Source of the DNA: Cycas panzhihuaensis
Taxonomy: Eukaryota; Plantae; Cycadophyta
Length of the DNA: 64,000 nt
NCBI GenBank assembly: GCA_023213395.1
Contig: CM041465.1
Span: 47,003,741 to 47,067,740 of the forward strand
Direction of reading: 5' to 3'
The notes below the pieces were generated by a model. It saw only the letters and a program-made list of their open reading frames with translations, was not told the DNA's origin and did no database searches. This document shows, one piece after another, positions 52,201-64,000 of this stretch (positions are counted from its first letter, which is position 1; the number at the start of each line of letters is the position of its first letter). Both the position numbers and the translations under genes were made by a program.

Positions 52201-52201
52201 T

Positions 52202-54787
52202 ATGAAGCAGCAGCTCCATCACTTCATTTTGGCTTTTTCTCTGAAGCCAATAAAATCTGTGCAACATTGCTCACATTCACATATTTATAAGATTGCAATG
52301 TTTCAGCTCCAGGATCGCATGCGGCTGTCTGTTGGCCGTTTGGAGAGTAGCAGGAATATGGAGTTCTCATCCCTGTCCGCGGCTATCGTTAGAAAACCAA
52401 TAGATAGGCTTGATATTTTGGATCATGTCGATTGGGACGGTATTCAGGTAGACGCCAATATGTACTCTGCTCTCTTGCAGGGATGTGGGAGCAAGGAATC
52501 TATTGCTGATGGCAAGAGAGTTCATGCCCACATCATTGAAATTGGGTTTGAGCCAGGCGTTATTCTGAACAACCATCTTGTCAATATGTATGTCAAATGT
52601 GGAAGTTTGAATGATGCGCGCCAAGTGTTTGACAAAATGCCCGAACGAAATTTGGTTTCTTGGACATCGATAATTGCGGGATCTGTCCAACATGGACGAG
52701 CCGAGGAGGCTCTAAAACTCTTTTGTGAAATGCAAGAAGAAACCGTGACACCCAATCAGTTCACCTTCGTTAGCGTTCTTACTGCATGTGCCGCTCTAGA
52801 AGCTGTAGATAAGGGGAGGCAGGTCCATGCCCGTGTCATAAAAACTGGATTTGACTCTGAAGTTTTTGTGGGAAACGCTCTTGTTAACATGTATGCTAAA
52901 TGCGATTTCATTAGGGATGCACACCAAGTGTTTGAGGAAATGCCGGAGCAAAATTTGGTTTCGTGGACTGCGATGATTTCAGGTTATTCACAGAATGGAC
53001 ACGATGAGGAGGCTCTGAAACTTTTTCACCAAATCCAACAGGCACGTGTAAAAGCCAACCAGTTCACCTTTGCCAGTGTTCTCAGTGCATGCGCAGGCTT
53101 AGCAGATCTCGAACACGGCAAGCAGGTCCATGCAAACATCATCAAAACCGGGTTTCAATCAAACGTTTTCGTGGGAAATGCCCTTCTTGATATGTACGCC
53201 AAATGTCGGAGCATAGACAATGCCCGCACAATATTTGACAAGATATTCGAACGAAACTTGGTCTCGTGGACGGCACTGATTGCGGGATATGCCCAGCTTG
53301 GAGATGGTAAGGAAGCCCTTGCATTCTTTAAGGAAATGCAGTGGTCAGGCTGGAGGCCAAACCAATATACCTTTGCGAGTGTTCTCAGTGCATGTGCCAG
53401 CCTAGAAGATTTGGAACAAGGCAAGCAAGTCCATGCCCTCATAACCAGGACTGGTTTTGTGTTAGATATCTTTGTTGGGAATGCACTGGCTGACATGTAT
53501 GCCAAATGTGGCAATATCGAAGCTGCACACCAGGTATTTGACAAAATGCCGACCCGAAATGTAGTCTCATGGAATGTGATAATTTCAGGATATGGTCAGC
53601 TCGGCCGGGGCTGGGAGGTATTCCAACTCTTGGAACAGATGCAGCGGGCACACATAAAGCCAAGCCAGAGCACATTTGCTAGTGTTTTAATGGCATGTGC
53701 CTGTCTAGCAGCCCTGGAACAGGGCAAGCAGCTCCATGCCAACATCATTAAACCTGGATTTCAGTCAGATGTTTTTGTGGGGAGTGCACTTGTTGACATG
53801 TATGCCAAATGTGGGAGCATTGATAATGCACGCCAAGCCTTTGACGAAGTGCCTGAAAAAAACATGGTCTCATGGAATGCAATGATTGTGGGATACGCTC
53901 AACACGGGCATGGGGAGGATGCTCTCAAACTTTTTGACCAAATGCAATGGGTAGGAATGAAGCCAAACCAAATCACCTTTATCGGTGTTCTCTCTGCATG
54001 CAGCCATGTGGGCCTAGTGGATAAAGGTCATTACTACTTTGATTCCATGAGTAAAGATCATGGCTTGATGCCAAAAGTGGATCATTATGCTTGTATGGTT
54101 GATCTTCTTGGTCGTGCTGGGCGCTTGGACGAGGCACTTGACTTTATAAATAAAATGCCATTCAAACCTGATGGTGTGGTCTGGCGCAGCTTACTCGGTG
54201 CTTGCAGAATCCACGGGAATATAGATCTAGGAAAGCATGCAGCTGAACGTGTTCTTGAGTTGGAGCCACAAGATGCAGCAACTCATGTGCTGCTGTCCAA
54301 CATCTATGCAGCTGCTGGCAGGTGGGATGCATCCGCAAAAGTGAGAAAATTAATGAAAGACAGTGGGTTGAAAAAGGAGCCAGGGTGTAGCTGGATTGAG
54401 GTAAAAAATAGGGTTCATGCATTTGTAGTTGGAGATAGATCACACCCACGAACAGAAGAAATCTATGCAAGGCTGATGAAATTGAGTAGGGAGATTGAGG
54501 CGGCAGGTTATGTGCCAAACACAAATTTTGTGCTGCTTGATGTCGAGCAAGAGCAGAAGGAACAATCTCTTTGGTACCACAGTGAGAAACTAGCAATTGC
54601 TTTTGGACTTATCAGCACACCATCTGGTACACCCATACGGGTGATGAAAAACCTTCGTGTGTGTGGTGACTGCCATACAGCTGCCAAATTCATCTCTAAG
54701 GTTGTGAGGCGAGAAATTGTTGTGAGGGATGCAAACCGCTTCCATCATTTTAAGGAGGGACTATGTTCCTGTGTGGATTACTGGTGA
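52202..54787 (+). CDS. PLS-class pentatricopeptide repeat protein with E1/E2 and DYW cytidine deaminase domain (organellar C-to-U editing factor)
   Basis: Intact 861-aa ORF with architecture L-S-(P-L-S)x4-P2-L2-S2-E1-E2-DYW. Contains the PG box (PGCSW), HSEKLA, CGDCH and a C-terminal DYW. The start codon is uncertain (52202, 52298, 52319 or 52358). Confidence 0.97.
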   Translation: MKQQLHHFILAFSLKPIKSVQHCSHSHIYKIAMFQLQDRMRLSVGRLESSRNMEFSSLSAAIVRKPIDRLDILDHVDWDGIQVDANMYSALLQGCGSKESIADGKRVHAHIIEIGFEPGVILNNHLVNMYVKCGSLNDARQVFDKMPERNLVSWTSIIAGSVQHGRAEEALKLFCEMQEETVTPNQFTFVSVLTACAALEAVDKGRQVHARVIKTGFDSEVFVGNALVNMYAKCDFIRDAHQVFEEMPEQNLVSWTAMISGYSQNGHDEEALKLFHQIQQARVKANQFTFASVLSACAGLADLEHGKQVHANIIKTGFQSNVFVGNALLDMYAKCRSIDNARTIFDKIFERNLVSWTALIAGYAQLGDGKEALAFFKEMQWSGWRPNQYTFASVLSACASLEDLEQGKQVHALITRTGFVLDIFVGNALADMYAKCGNIEAAHQVFDKMPTRNVVSWNVIISGYGQLGRGWEVFQLLEQMQRAHIKPSQSTFASVLMACACLAALEQGKQLHANIIKPGFQSDVFVGSALVDMYAKCGSIDNARQAFDEVPEKNMVSWNAMIVGYAQHGHGEDALKLFDQMQWVGMKPNQITFIGVLSACSHVGLVDKGHYYFDSMSKDHGLMPKVDHYACMVDLLGRAGRLDEALDFINKMPFKPDGVVWRSLLGACRIHGNIDLGKHAAERVLELEPQDAATHVLLSNIYAAAGRWDASAKVRKLMKDSGLKKEPGCSWIEVKNRVHAFVVGDRSHPRTEEIYARLMKLSREIEAAGYVPNTNFVLLDVEQEQKEQSLWYHSEKLAIAFGLISTPSGTPIRVMKNLRVCGDCHTAAKFISKVVRREIVVRDANRFHHFKEGLCSCVDYW

Positions 54788-57055
54788 TGCTAAGGGAAAG
54801 AAGCAGCTTCTATTGGGCCTTCCTTGTCAAGAAGGCATTAGGGACTATTTTGGTTCCTGTTACTGTTTTGATAATTGGGAAACTTTGTCTCCTGGCACTG
54901 GAGATGCAAACTACTTGTGCAAGAAGCTGAGTCTGGTTTACAGAATCCTAGACTGAAGGCAAAAATGGCAATTGCATTTTAGATGTGATGGACAGCGCAA
55001 GACCTGTTTGGAATTAAGAACATAGCTTAGCATTAGCTTAAGAGGTAATGTTTCTGAAATTAGGGATTTGTATTTCTCACTATAGCATTTCATAGTCATC
55101 TTGAAACTTTTATTATCAAGGCATAAGCATGTAGAGGCCTGCACAAGGCTGATTTCGCCTTTAATATGGCTTGGGGTTTTGCTAAAAGATGTCATGGATG
55201 GCTGTGGGATTAGGCGGTTGCCATCTGATTTTCTGCTTTCATTCCACAGAATTATTTGGCAGAAAAACACCAAATTATCATTATTGGAGTTGATGAATGG
55301 AGTGAAAAATTAGTACCAAGCAAATGAGTAGTATTTGAATACCACCCCTTTATGTGGTACTTACCTTTTTATTCCTTGATTCATCATCCTTCTTCCTTTA
55401 GCCATTTAATACTGGTAGTAATAATCTTAAACTCCAATATCCTATTCCAGGAGTAGTATCCTTCATCCTTTATGCATCTACTACTAGAAGTAATAATCTT
55501 GAGCTATCTGACTCTTCAGATTATTGTTAATTCTGTTCTGCACTCATCTAAATGGTTTGAAACTCTGATGTTTGGCTATCTTTCACTTTTACCTAAATGC
55601 AACCCTGGCTGGGTCACAATGGATCAGCAGTATAATATGGATATTGAGATCCCAATCTTTGGGAGACGGTAGAATTTGCTAGAGGTTGAGGAATCTTGGT
55701 CTGAATTGGACACCTAATTCTACTTGCACCTTCACAAGAGGGCATGCATTGGCCTGATGCGATGGCTGAATAATAGAACCAAGATCTGATTTTATGATTG
55801 ATCCCAGCGGATGATGTCCATTGTGTGCCTGCACAAATCTACAACCCCAAGGAGGCCCAAGATCCATATTACTATTAGATAAGCAAACAATTTCCAGTAG
55901 TGATACACACTACAAAGTGCTAGTTATGCTTGGAGTGCAGACACAGGTGGGCTGCTACAGCGATATTCTTTTGCCAGTCCAGTTCTCAAGCTGTCCTTCA
56001 TGATAGGTTCAGCAGTGACAAAAGAATTGTCTGGAAAATGCTTCTCGCTGGAAGGTCATCCAGAAAACCACTTACAGAAGAGAAAGGACACCTAGAAGGG
56101 TCAGAATGGGTTCAAACATGGGATTTGATGCTCAAATGCTTTTCAAAGATGGTTTTGCATGTCACATGCTGATAGCCAAAATTTTCTATCTGTCAACTCT
56201 GAAGTGAACTCTTCCAATATTTCCATCACGTTTTATGTGGCAGCAGGTTTAAAATCTGGTGTGCAAAGCAAAATTGATAAATGTATATAATTATAAGTAA
56301 TTTTGGTTTATTTTTCCAGCAATCCTGAAATAACAGAACATCAAACAGAATTTTCAATGATGAACAGGGGTGAGTGATAAATTCCAAGCCTGGTTAGATT
56401 CTTGGCAGCAATTATCGGAATTCTCATTATGTCTTGGGCTGATCAGCTTCAACCCACAGGACGCAAGGCTTCCCTTGGGGACATCACATTTGACAACGAA
56501 GAGCATGCCATTTTGGTTGACATCTTGTAATTATCACACTTCAAATTGACTGGGCCTAGCTAGATGCACAAGAAGGGATTGGGTATTTATGGGTCATCCT
56601 CTTGCCATTTTAGGTGTGAGAGCCTAGTTATTCTGTCCTATGGCATGTTTTCTAGTATGGATGACTGTTGTATTGCATTATTGAGGGAGTGGTAGTGACA
56701 AATAGCCATATGATAGAGCGGAATTGATGTAAAACAATGATATTGCTTAATGAAATTACCAAGTTATGTGGAAAATGTGTCTTTTGCATTGCTTATGATT
56801 GATTTATGGTGATGTAATGGATGAAAATGTTGTAATTAATATCATATTATGGATTTATGTAGCATATCTGTGTGTAATTGATTTGTATGTTGACAACAAG
56901 CCCTGGTCCAGACTACCAAAAGTGATCTTTGACAAGTGCAACTTTCATAGGTGAAAGTGGAAGTCAACATTGGTTTTGTTGCTTAAGTCCACTAGTGCGG
57001 GGAAGGAGAACCAGAGTTCTTTTTTCAAAATAATACTAAAAAATCAAGTCACCAT

Positions 57056-59259
57056 TGTTAAAAAACATGAATGAATGCATGCATGTTTACAGCTACAGAA
57101 TTTTTTACCATACACAATAAGCAAATAAGATATACACAGAAAATAGTTGCACAATACACAATATTTACATGAGAAACCCTCTTAAGAAAAAACTCACCAC
57201 AAGGATCAATAGATCACATTGATTACCACTTGATTGATATGAATATACAAGGGCTCTAGGATATTTATATCCTTCCAAGATGTGTCACCTGACAAGGGTT
57301 GTGACCATTTGCATAACTTGTACCATTTCGTTAATTACATTTAGTTAAACCACACATTAACATTAATCAATGGCTTAACAAACAACTGCCACATTAACAT
57401 CCCCCTTAATGTAAATGTGGAGAACTTGCAACCTGTAACAGTTGTATTATCACGAAGGCTGGGACTATCTTGCTTTTTTATCCTTGTCGATGCATCTCCC
57501 TTCAAAGATAACATCTGTGGGTTCTAATCTGGTACACATCTTTGTGCATTAATTTTTAGTAAGCGCTTTGGTGAAAATGTCCGCAAACTGATGTTCATTC
57601 GGACAATAGTCGACTAGCAGCTTCCCTAACTTGATCTGTTCATAGATGTAGTGGTGTTGTATCTCGATGTGCTTTGTACGAGCATAAAACTCCAGACTAT
57701 TTGACAAGCGAATGGTGCTCTGATTATCAATAAAATAATTAGATAGCCATTTGAAACTCGAAGAACTTCTAAGAGACCTTGTAGCCATACAACTTCTTTG
57801 GCACCACCACTGAATCCTTGATATTCTACCTTTGTAGAAGATAACGCCACTATTTGTTGTTTCTTCAATTGCCATGAAATAAATCTATTACCAACACTAA
57901 AGATGTATCCAGCAGTGGACTCCAATTATCAGAGTCCCATCATCAATAAGCATCTGTGTAGCCATACAACTTTATCTCTTCACCATGACAGTATTCGAGA
58001 CGAAGATTAAGTGTACCCTTCAAGTACTTCAAAATCTGTTTCACTGCAATCTAATGTGGTTCCCGAGGATTTTACATATATTGAGAAATCAATCCAACAA
58101 CATAGGTGATATCTGGTCTGGTATGAGTCAAATAGATTAGACTCCCTACCAATTGATGGTACATTATTCTATTTACAGGGGGTTTGGCTATATCTTTCTG
58201 TAGTATTGTGCCTTTAGCACACGGTGTTGTAACTGGTTTCCAATCTTGCATCTTGAACCTTTTTAGGAGGTTCTTCACATATTGTGTCTGTAACATGACC
58301 CGATCTTCCATCTGTTTAATTTGAATACCCAAGAAGTAGTGAAGTCGTTCGAGGTTTGTCGTATCAAAGATAGCTCCCAAATTGGACTTAACTCCTATAA
58401 TAGTGTAATTGCTATTGCTTTTGATGAGTAAATCATCCACATACAACATAATAGCTAATATTGAGGTCCCATTCCTTTTCACATACAAGTTCGAGTAGAT
58501 ATTTAAAACAACAAATCCTTCATCTTTCAACTTGGTATCAATCTTCTCATACCAAGCACGAGGTGCTTGTTTTAAGCTATAGAGTGATTTCTTCAATCGG
58601 CACACAAGATGCTCCTGGCCTTTCTTAAGAAATGTGAACTTGACGTCCATCTGGTGTAACTCCTAACTATATGCAACTACTAAGGAAATGATCAACCAGA
58701 CCGTCGTTATCTTGGAGACTAGTGCAAATGTCTATTCATAATCAATTCCTTCATTTTGCTTAAACCTTTGAGTGACAAGCCTGGCCTTGTATTTGTCCAC
58801 CTCTCTGTCGGAGTAAAACTTTGTCTTGTAGACCCACTTGCATCCTACTAAGTTCTTCTTCGAAGCTAAGGGAACCAAGTTCCATGTGGCATTCTTTACA
58901 ATTGAGCCATACTCCTCTTCTATTACAACTCTCCATCGTGAATCATCCTTCACTTCGTCATATGAAACATGATCATTGGAGTTGTTGGTGTCTACCAACA
59001 GAGTTTGATTGGCATGTTAACTTCTTGTTCTCCTGTCATCAGCAAAGTTTTGCATTGCCACTGTAGAATCCTCTATCGTCTTCCTTGCCCATAATGAGAA
59101 GGACTTGGTGCTGTAAGTACTTCTTCATGTGACAACTCCTCACTATTACTCTTTCCACTCGGTCCAACTTCTTCTTGAATTCTAGCAACTGGCTCATCCT
59201 CCTTTGTTGACTTAAATTTGCTCCCTACTGCGAGCTTTCCACTTGTCAAGGTTTTTCAA
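57056..59259 (-). mobile_element. 3' part of a Ty1/copia element (RT, RNase H, PPT, 3' LTR), interrupted by element J
   Basis: KNLVGCKWVYKTK, LKKSLYSLKQAPRAWY, LYVDDLL, TRPDI, RTKHIEIQHHY and ADIFTKAL. PPT at 57400-57410 and LTR at 57056-57399. Confidence 0.92.
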
Positions 59260-62200
59260 TGTAGTTTAAGGTATGTGCACATGGTCAACATACATATTTT
59301 TTATTAACTAAGCCACATAAGTCCACAATATACTCATACACATAGAAGCACCATGTATTCCTCATTAAGTACACATGATATCCATGTAACTATAATATTA
59401 TTAGACAATAATCACTGTTTTACATCATATTTTTATCTGTACATGGTTGATTGGTCATTCATACCAAATCAGATTCCAAATGGATCAATTACTCGGCTCT
59501 CACATCCATTTCAATGAACGAATGTATTTAAATACACCGTGTGTCCTTGTCGCAGAACAGTTGCGACTAAAAGTCACAATCGTCTGCTTTCCTTAATGGA
59601 TGTCCTTTCGCTGGTTAATATGTTCTATTAATTACTTAATCCGTCTGTTAGCCCATACGATTTAGTCTACGTGCCTTCTCTTTGTTCAGTTTGTCTCGTG
59701 ACTATTTTCGATGTGTTCTTGGTTTGTACAACATCTATTCTTTCACTATTTAGTGCATTCCTGTCACAGAATGGTTCTATTTTTTGCCTACTTTCGTCCG
59801 TTCTTCTTCCTAAATGCATGCTAAACAGTTGCCTTGCAAAATATCCACTGTTTCAACCAGGTTTTTTTATACATTCCCTTTTATGGACACACGTGTCAAA
59901 TCCATTCGCAACATTTATCTCGGGTCAATAAAAATGGTTGAGCGTCCGTGCTGATTTTAAATTTTCAAAAATTTTGGTTTTGTCTTCTTCCTCCTCCCTC
60001 TTTGGATTAAGATTGCTCCTGGAGTACGGTAATTGAGAAGAATCTTCCCCTGGTTTTGCAACTATCGGAAATGGGGGCTCCATTTCCCATTCTTCAGGTA
60101 CCTCCTCGACTTCCTATTGCCCTTTACCTCGTTTCATGCTTCTCTTTGTCACTTCCTTTTGCCGTAGTGGAAAGGGGGTTCCTGGTTTGCACTGGATCCA
60201 TTTTAACACCTTAGTCATCTCCAATTTGACTTGTCTTTTCACTCCTGGGTCTTGAGTAATGTTTGGCATAATATTTACCCATTTGTTTATCATGGGTTCT
60301 CTGGTTGAATAGGTAAGGAGGGAGGGTTAATGTCTGGACATTGCTAGAACAATAGTACCAATAATAATGATGGTTGTTTGAAAGGGTGAGTTTGAAGTTC
60401 CCTGAATTGTTGTTCCATACTATTTGCTAAGAACTCACACCAATTCATTCTCACTCCATCATGTCATGCTAGGAGTAGGGACATCATTCCTCGGGAAATG
60501 TATGTATGTTTTTACTTTGACAAGAACTTAGTCACTACAATCTTCGCGCCCCGTTGTAGCTTCTTATTAGTGATATATTCAATTTTTATTCCTCCAAAAT
60601 AAACTTGGGTGTCTAGAGCACATAATTCCCTCATCCATATTTCTCAGTCCACTTCGGACTTTTTTATGGCCATGGGAATTTCACCCTCTTTAAATAATCC
60701 TGTTACTTCATGGATAGCTGCTACATTTATTTTAACCTTTTCCCTATTGAATTTTACTACTATAATGATCTGCTCCATAATCTTAGGGTCCCAGTATAAT
60801 GTAGGCATTATCACAAAGTCCTCCCATCTTGCTTGGCTGATTTTTGCCCTGAAATTTGCCGGTAGTTTCTTAAACTCTCCCTAAAGTTTAGGCAAGTAGG
60901 TCTCCTATATTCTTACAATCTTCATCCTCTGGTCGGAAGGGAATGTATGAAAAAAAACCGTCTTTGTTGTTTCGTCGTGCGTTCCTTGGTTTGGACGAAG
61001 ACTAGGTATTTGTAATACTTTGAGCATTCTCCTTTATTAACAATTAAGGTGGCAACTACTTTGGAATGTTGTATTACATCCCTTGATCTATGCGTTCATC
61101 TATTAGAATGGTTCTAGGGTTCCAGCCTTTATAATTTCTCTTTTTGAATCCATTCAAGTCGCATTCCCCCTTTGAAACACATTCGTTTAGCGATTGCTTG
61201 CCCCATTCCTTTTTTGGAATGGTTCTGATTTTTAGTTAATTTTGTCTTATTCCGTTCCCTATTAGGAACGTGCCTAATTCTGTTGAGCGTCTTTTTACTG
61301 CCTTTGTTCTGCTTCTATTCCAATTCTAAAATGCAAAGTATGATTTCATAGAATGATTGTTGACTTTTGTCTAAGTGTATGATTTTACGAGTTACAGTTG
61401 ATTTTGTCTTGTCTTTTAATTTTTTTTTAAGAGTTTTTATGTTTATGTACCGATGTAGAGTCCTTGTTCTAGTATTGGAACAACTTTTATTGTCTGCAAA
61501 TTTAAGCAATACATAGTACACATCTAGTTGACTCTTATTGAATGGTAATATATTTTTAATCGACTGCCATTGATTAAGGTAGGCACCCTGTACCCATTCA
61601 CCTCTCATAATTGTACTCATCCATTAGGATAAATACATTCCACTTGATAAGGTCATAGCCATCGTGGTTTCAACTTCTCGGGATGGGTGTGAAATTTGTT
61701 GTCGTACAATAACACCTGGTCTCCTTCCTTAAATTGAGGGCATCTAAGATGACGATCATTCCATGTCTTTTGCCTTGTCTTCTTGATTTCTTGTAACCAT
61801 TTTGATTTTTGTCGATCCTCATCTAATTGAATTAGTTGCCATAATCGTTCTCATAAGGATTCAGTGTCATCTAATCGACAAGCCAATGCGATTCTCAGGC
61901 TAGGAATATGGAATTCAATAGGAAGTATTGCTTCTATCCTGTACACCAACTTAAATGGTGTGTGTCCAGTGGCTTGTTTATATGTTGTGTAGAATGCCCA
62001 TAGAATTGAAGGTGGTTTCTCTGCCCAATCTGATCTGCCAACGTCATAAATTTTTCTTAAGCAAATTTTCAAGATCTTGTTAGAACTTTCTGCTTGTCCA
62101 TTTGCACGAGGATAATAGGGTGTGGATTTGTGATAAATAATTAGGAATGTTTCTGTTAATTCCTTAATAGCTTCATTGAGGAAATGGGCTCCTTGGTCGC

Positions 62201-64000
62201 TAATTAACTCAATTGGACATCTAAATCTTGTGATAATGACCTCATAGAGGAGCCAAGCTATACTAGTCGCATCTGCCTTATGTAAGAGTCTGGCTTCTAC
62301 CCATTTTGTTGCATAGTTCGTGGCTACCAAAATGTAATGGGCTTACATCCTTCGTGCTATTGGTTTGATAGGTTCGATGAAATCTTAACCCCATTTTTCG
62401 AAGTGCATTAGGGGAAAGATTGGGTTTAATGGGTTGTAGTCTCCTCATTTGGATTTCTTGACCCTTTGACAATGATCACATTTTTTCACCCAATCTCTTA
62501 TGTTTTCAAAAAGAGTTGGGCATTAGAATCTAGTTGTTAGAATTTTTCTTTGGATATATTTTGGATCTGTGTGTCCTCCTGCAACTCTCTCGTGGGTCTG
62601 AGATATCACTTAGTTCACCTCATGGGGACAAATACATCGTTGTAAAACATCATCTGGGCCTAGTCAGTATAACTCTCCTTCGATCAGTTGGTAAGGCTCT
62701 GCTTTTCTTACTAGGTTTCATTTTTGGGTTTTATCCATATTTGGAGGATATTGTCTTGTGACTAGGAATTCGATTATGTCTCGATACCATTATATAGGAA
62801 CTGATTCGATATTGAAGAGTACTGCATCTGGGAAGTCATCTAGTACTCTTACAGCCTTTTCACCATTGTGGATTTAGGAAAGTTGATTGGGGATGATATG
62901 TGCTTTTTCCGATTTTATTACAATTTGGAAAGTGAATTCTTGAAATAACATAAGCCAACGACTAATACGTCCCCTTAGTAATGGTTTGTTGACTAGATAT
63001 ATGAGTGCCTGATGGTCTACATAAAATACAAAAGCTCTTCTCGTTCTGTTCTCATATAATTTTGTTCCGCTCTAGTCAATTTCTTGCTTACAAAGTATAT
63101 AGGCCGATTCACATTGTTTTCACTAGGCTGGGCTAAAACACAACCAATTGCATATCAGGAAGCGTCAATGTATACATGAAATATTTTGTTTCAGTCTGAG
63201 AAATGTAACATAGAAGTTGAAGCTATTGCATGTTTTAGGGTCTCAAATGCTTTTTGTTGTTTCGAACCCCATTGCCAGTCTGTTTCCTTCTTGAGGAGAT
63301 CCTCTAATGGTCCTGCTATTTGAACATGCCCTTTTACGAATTTGCGGTAGTAATTGGTTAACCTTACAAATCCTTTAATTTGCTTTTGGTTCTGGGGTTG
63401 GGAAAAATGTAGAATGGCTGCCACCTTTGCTGGGTCTGTCATTAATCCTTCCTTGCTAATAACATGTCCCAGAAGATTGCCAAAGGGTACTACAAAAGTA
63501 CATTTCTCTGGGTTTAAGCATAGCTTATTTTCTCTACAGGTTTGTAGCATTGTTCTCAAATTTTCTATATGGTTTTTCATTATACCATATAGGGTCCAAT
63601 CATCTAAGAATAAGGCGATAGTTTTCCCCACTAATTTCTTGAATATGTTGAGTATAATTCTTTGGAAGGTTGTTAGAGCATCGGTGAGTCCAAACGGCGT
63701 AACTCGATATGCATAAGTTTCCCATTCAATTACAAAGGTTGTTTTGTGTTGATTCTCAATTGCAATGCTCACGTGATTGTATCTACTAAGCCCATCTGTG
63801 AAAGAATAAACTTCCTTTCCCCATATGGTTTCCAGAATGTCTTCTATGAAGGGAATGGGAAAGGGGTCTTTGTGACTTTGTTAAATTGTCAGTAGTCCAC
63901 ACATATACTCGACTCTTCCCATTTTTCTTGGGTACTACCACTATGGGGCTTACCTAATCACTATATTCAATTTCATATATGTATCCTGCCCGAAGCATTT
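59260..64000 (-). mobile_element. Element J: Athila-like gypsy (RT-RH-INT, extra ORF, probable 3' LTR 59260-59536), continuing beyond the window
   Basis: KDPFPIPFIEDILE, ALFLDDW, FHVYIDAS, ATKWVEAR and STPYYPRANGQAE. Broken extra ORF at ~61150-59600. Confidence 0.9.

Noticed and set aside
52367-54693. Antisense ORFs overlapping the PPR gene
   Set aside because: Shadow ORFs of a repetitive coding sequence with no recognisable domains.
54370-54787. Possible U-to-C (DYW:KP-type) editing domain
   Set aside because: PGCSW, HSEKLA and the terminal DYW are canonical for the C-to-U PG-type domain.

Overview
This window is AT-rich, CpG-depleted plant nuclear DNA from a large, repeat-dominated genome. 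A gymnosperm is likely, judging by the element types and PPR style, but that is inference. About 50 kb is a pile of old, mostly nested and pseudogenised LTR retrotransposons. These comprise three Athila-like non-chromovirus Ty3/gypsy elements with an extra 3' ORF, two chromoviruses, four Ty1/copia elements, a probable solo LTR and two small non-autonomous Gag-only LTR elements. The only intact host gene is a PLS-class PPR-E-DYW organellar C-to-U RNA-editing factor (52202-54787, +). The most notable observations are: (1) two Gag-only elements with unrelated LTRs share a truncated-Gag ORF with the same novel C-terminal motifs, and one also carries a kinase-like fragment and a PBS inside both LTRs; (2) a ~390-bp-arm fold-back plus a third inverted copy lies inside a gypsy integrase; (3) a short (TA)n has expanded to ~1.5 kb in only one LTR of a pair; (4) a 78-bp perfect flanking duplication replaces an LTR end; (5) a possible intron/uORF switch sits at the PPR start codon. 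All calls were made by eye, and coordinates of degenerate regions are approximate.
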